In this document: positions 62,431 to 64,000 of the stretch, piece by piece
Numbering within the stretch: the first letter of the stretch is position 1
Layout: each line of letters opens with the position of its first letter
NCBI GenBank assembly: GCA_009602725.1
Contig: WELB01000014.1
Location: forward strand, 1,201,828 to 1,265,827
Direction: 5' to 3'
DNA: 64,000 nt
DNA from: Spirogloea muscicola
Lineage: Eukaryota
Notes under the pieces: generated by a model
What the model was told of the DNA's origin: nothing
Database searches by the model: none
The model's input: the letters and a program-made list of their open reading frames with translations, nothing else
Position numbers and translations under genes: made by a program

Positions 62431-63334
62431 ACCAGAAAGCTGGGCGAGCTCTAGTAGGTGGCAGAAGGGCTCCGTTCCTGGCATCTAGTATTCATGCATC
62501 GAGTAGTGACCTTTATGTTTTGACCCGTGGTTATTGAGCGGGTCAATCTGCTGTAGGTTATGTAGATTTTTAGATGTGCTTGCCTTTGTACCTGGCCATT
62601 TGGCCTACATTTCTTTCTAATACACGATCTCTTTTCTTCAGGGGCGAGGCACGGCGACCTTCAGCTGACGGTCTCGTTCGTCTCCTATTTCTCGTCTTAG
62701 TCCTAGTCCTACGTACTCCGGCTCCTTCAGACCTTGTCCATTCCAGAGCTCATCTTCTTTGGGCCGGGCCTTTCCCAGCCACCAGTCAATCTGGCCGCGC
62801 TTCCTGCTATTTCTCTGCCGACCTCCGCGCTCGTGCCCACGATGCACGCTTGGCGCCGCGTGGCCGCGCTTTCTTCGGCGGCTGCTTTTGTGAAGCGCTT
62901 ATTCCGGCCCCCCTGCAGCAGTTCCTGGCCCATGCTGTAAAGCTTCGTGCTGGTCGCGCCCTGGCTGCCACCTCAGCCTCTAGGCTTTCTTCTCCCCTCT
63001 GAACCTTTGTGAATTCTTTTTGGGCTGGCTTTTCGCAGCCCTTGCCCCCATTGGGAGTGCCACTTCTTCTTCTTCTTTCTTCTAGGCGGGGCGCGCTCCT
63101 TGCTCTCAATTCAGGGGCTGGCCTCTCCCAGCCTCAAATTAATATGGCCGCGCTTGCTCTCTCAATCTGGTAAGCGCTGTTTGCTTGGCCTTGTTCATTC
63201 CCTTTCTCTAAGCTGGCGACCTACAGCCATTACAGCGATCGCCTTCTACTGGAAGAGCCTCTCATTTGGGCTGGCCTCCGCTCCTGTTACACCTCTCACC
63301 TTCTTTTCGGGCTGGCTTTTCACACGGTCTCCAC
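62431..63334 (+). mobile_element. Head-to-tail stack of RLE retrotransposon 3' fragments (families A, F, D and bare tails)
   Basis: Family A at 62431-62626; family F tail at 62690-62805; family D LQQFLAHAVKLRAGRALAA* plus tail at ~62850-63080; hairpins at 63115, 63268 and 63309. Confidence 0.75.
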
Positions 63335-63993
63335 GCCCGTCGCGTAGACCTGGTGGCCACCCCACAGTCCGGCGGCCCACGTCTTCTCCTGGACGTGGTG
63401 ACCACCGACGCATACGACCGCTCGCACCCAGCCCAATGTGCCACCAAGGTTGGGTATTTGGTCGCCTGCGCCGCTTGGGCTAAAGAGCTCAAGTACGCCG
63501 ACCATCCGCGGGAAGACGAGTTCTTCCCGCTGGGGATTGACACGCATGGGGCGTTGGGCGCTCGGTGGCTCGAGTTGCTCACCCAGCTCGCCACGCCATC
63601 GCCCGTCGCTTCCATGGGGAGCCGGTGGACTTTCCTGCAGCCTGGTCGCTAGCGCAGGTGTACCGGATGCGCTTGGCCGTCTCGCTGCAGCGGTAGATGG
63701 CCCGCGCTGCACCTGCGGGCCGGCTGAGCCCTCGCTGCTGCCTCTGGCTCTGGCCAGGGGACCCACTTCCAGGAGCCCAGCGTATCTGACCTAAAGCTGC
63801 TTAGCAGGCGTTACTGAGTGATCCGTAGCTGCTTTGTTTCTGTGTGCTTGTTTTTCTTAGCGCTTCCCCTGGCCCCCTTCTCGTCCTTTGTTAATTCTTT
63901 TTTGGGCTAGCTTTTCCGGCCCCTATTCTCAATGGGCGAGCACTACCTCTTTACACAGCCCTTGCCCCCATTGGGACAGCCACTTCTTCTTCT
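63335..63993 (+). mobile_element. RLE non-LTR retrotransposon family B, longest fragment, with PD-(D/E)xK-type endonuclease motifs
   Basis: RRVDLVATPQSGGPRLLLDVVTTD...AKELKY...FFPLGIDTHGALG...(frameshift) LAQVYRMRLAVSLQR, then a 3' UTR with the hairpin and a further stacked tail. Confidence 0.88.
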
Positions 63994-64000
63994 CACAGAC

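Noticed and set aside
1..64000. tRNA, rRNA or snRNA genes
   Set aside because: No recognisable signatures seen by eye. A covariance-model scan would be needed to exclude them.

Overview
Eukaryotic, intron-rich, GC-rich genomic DNA. The gene content looks like a streptophyte green plant or alga; a zygnematophyte-type alga is my inference, not a demonstrated fact. About ten spliced protein genes are recognisable: ankyrin+BTB/POZ, GNAT acetyltransferase, FIP2-like BTB+pentapeptide, subfamily-VIII/RSL-like bHLH, a long coiled-coil protein, a conserved Gly-rich protein head-to-head with HIP, two tandem DREB-type AP2/ERF paralogues, and a class-3 lipase. Intergenic space holds a young 2.8 kb non-autonomous LTR element, a frameshifted PIF/Harbinger transposase with a head-to-head partner and a 142 bp MITE, and many 5'-truncated restriction-like-endonuclease (RLE, CRE-like) non-LTR retrotransposon 3' ends from several families. 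These RLE ends are the most striking signal: most share one terminal stem-loop (about 30 copies by eye), they stack in nests, and twice one family abuts another at the identical nucleotide. Exon boundaries were read by eye and gene starts are approximate. Several n characters mark assembly uncertainty.
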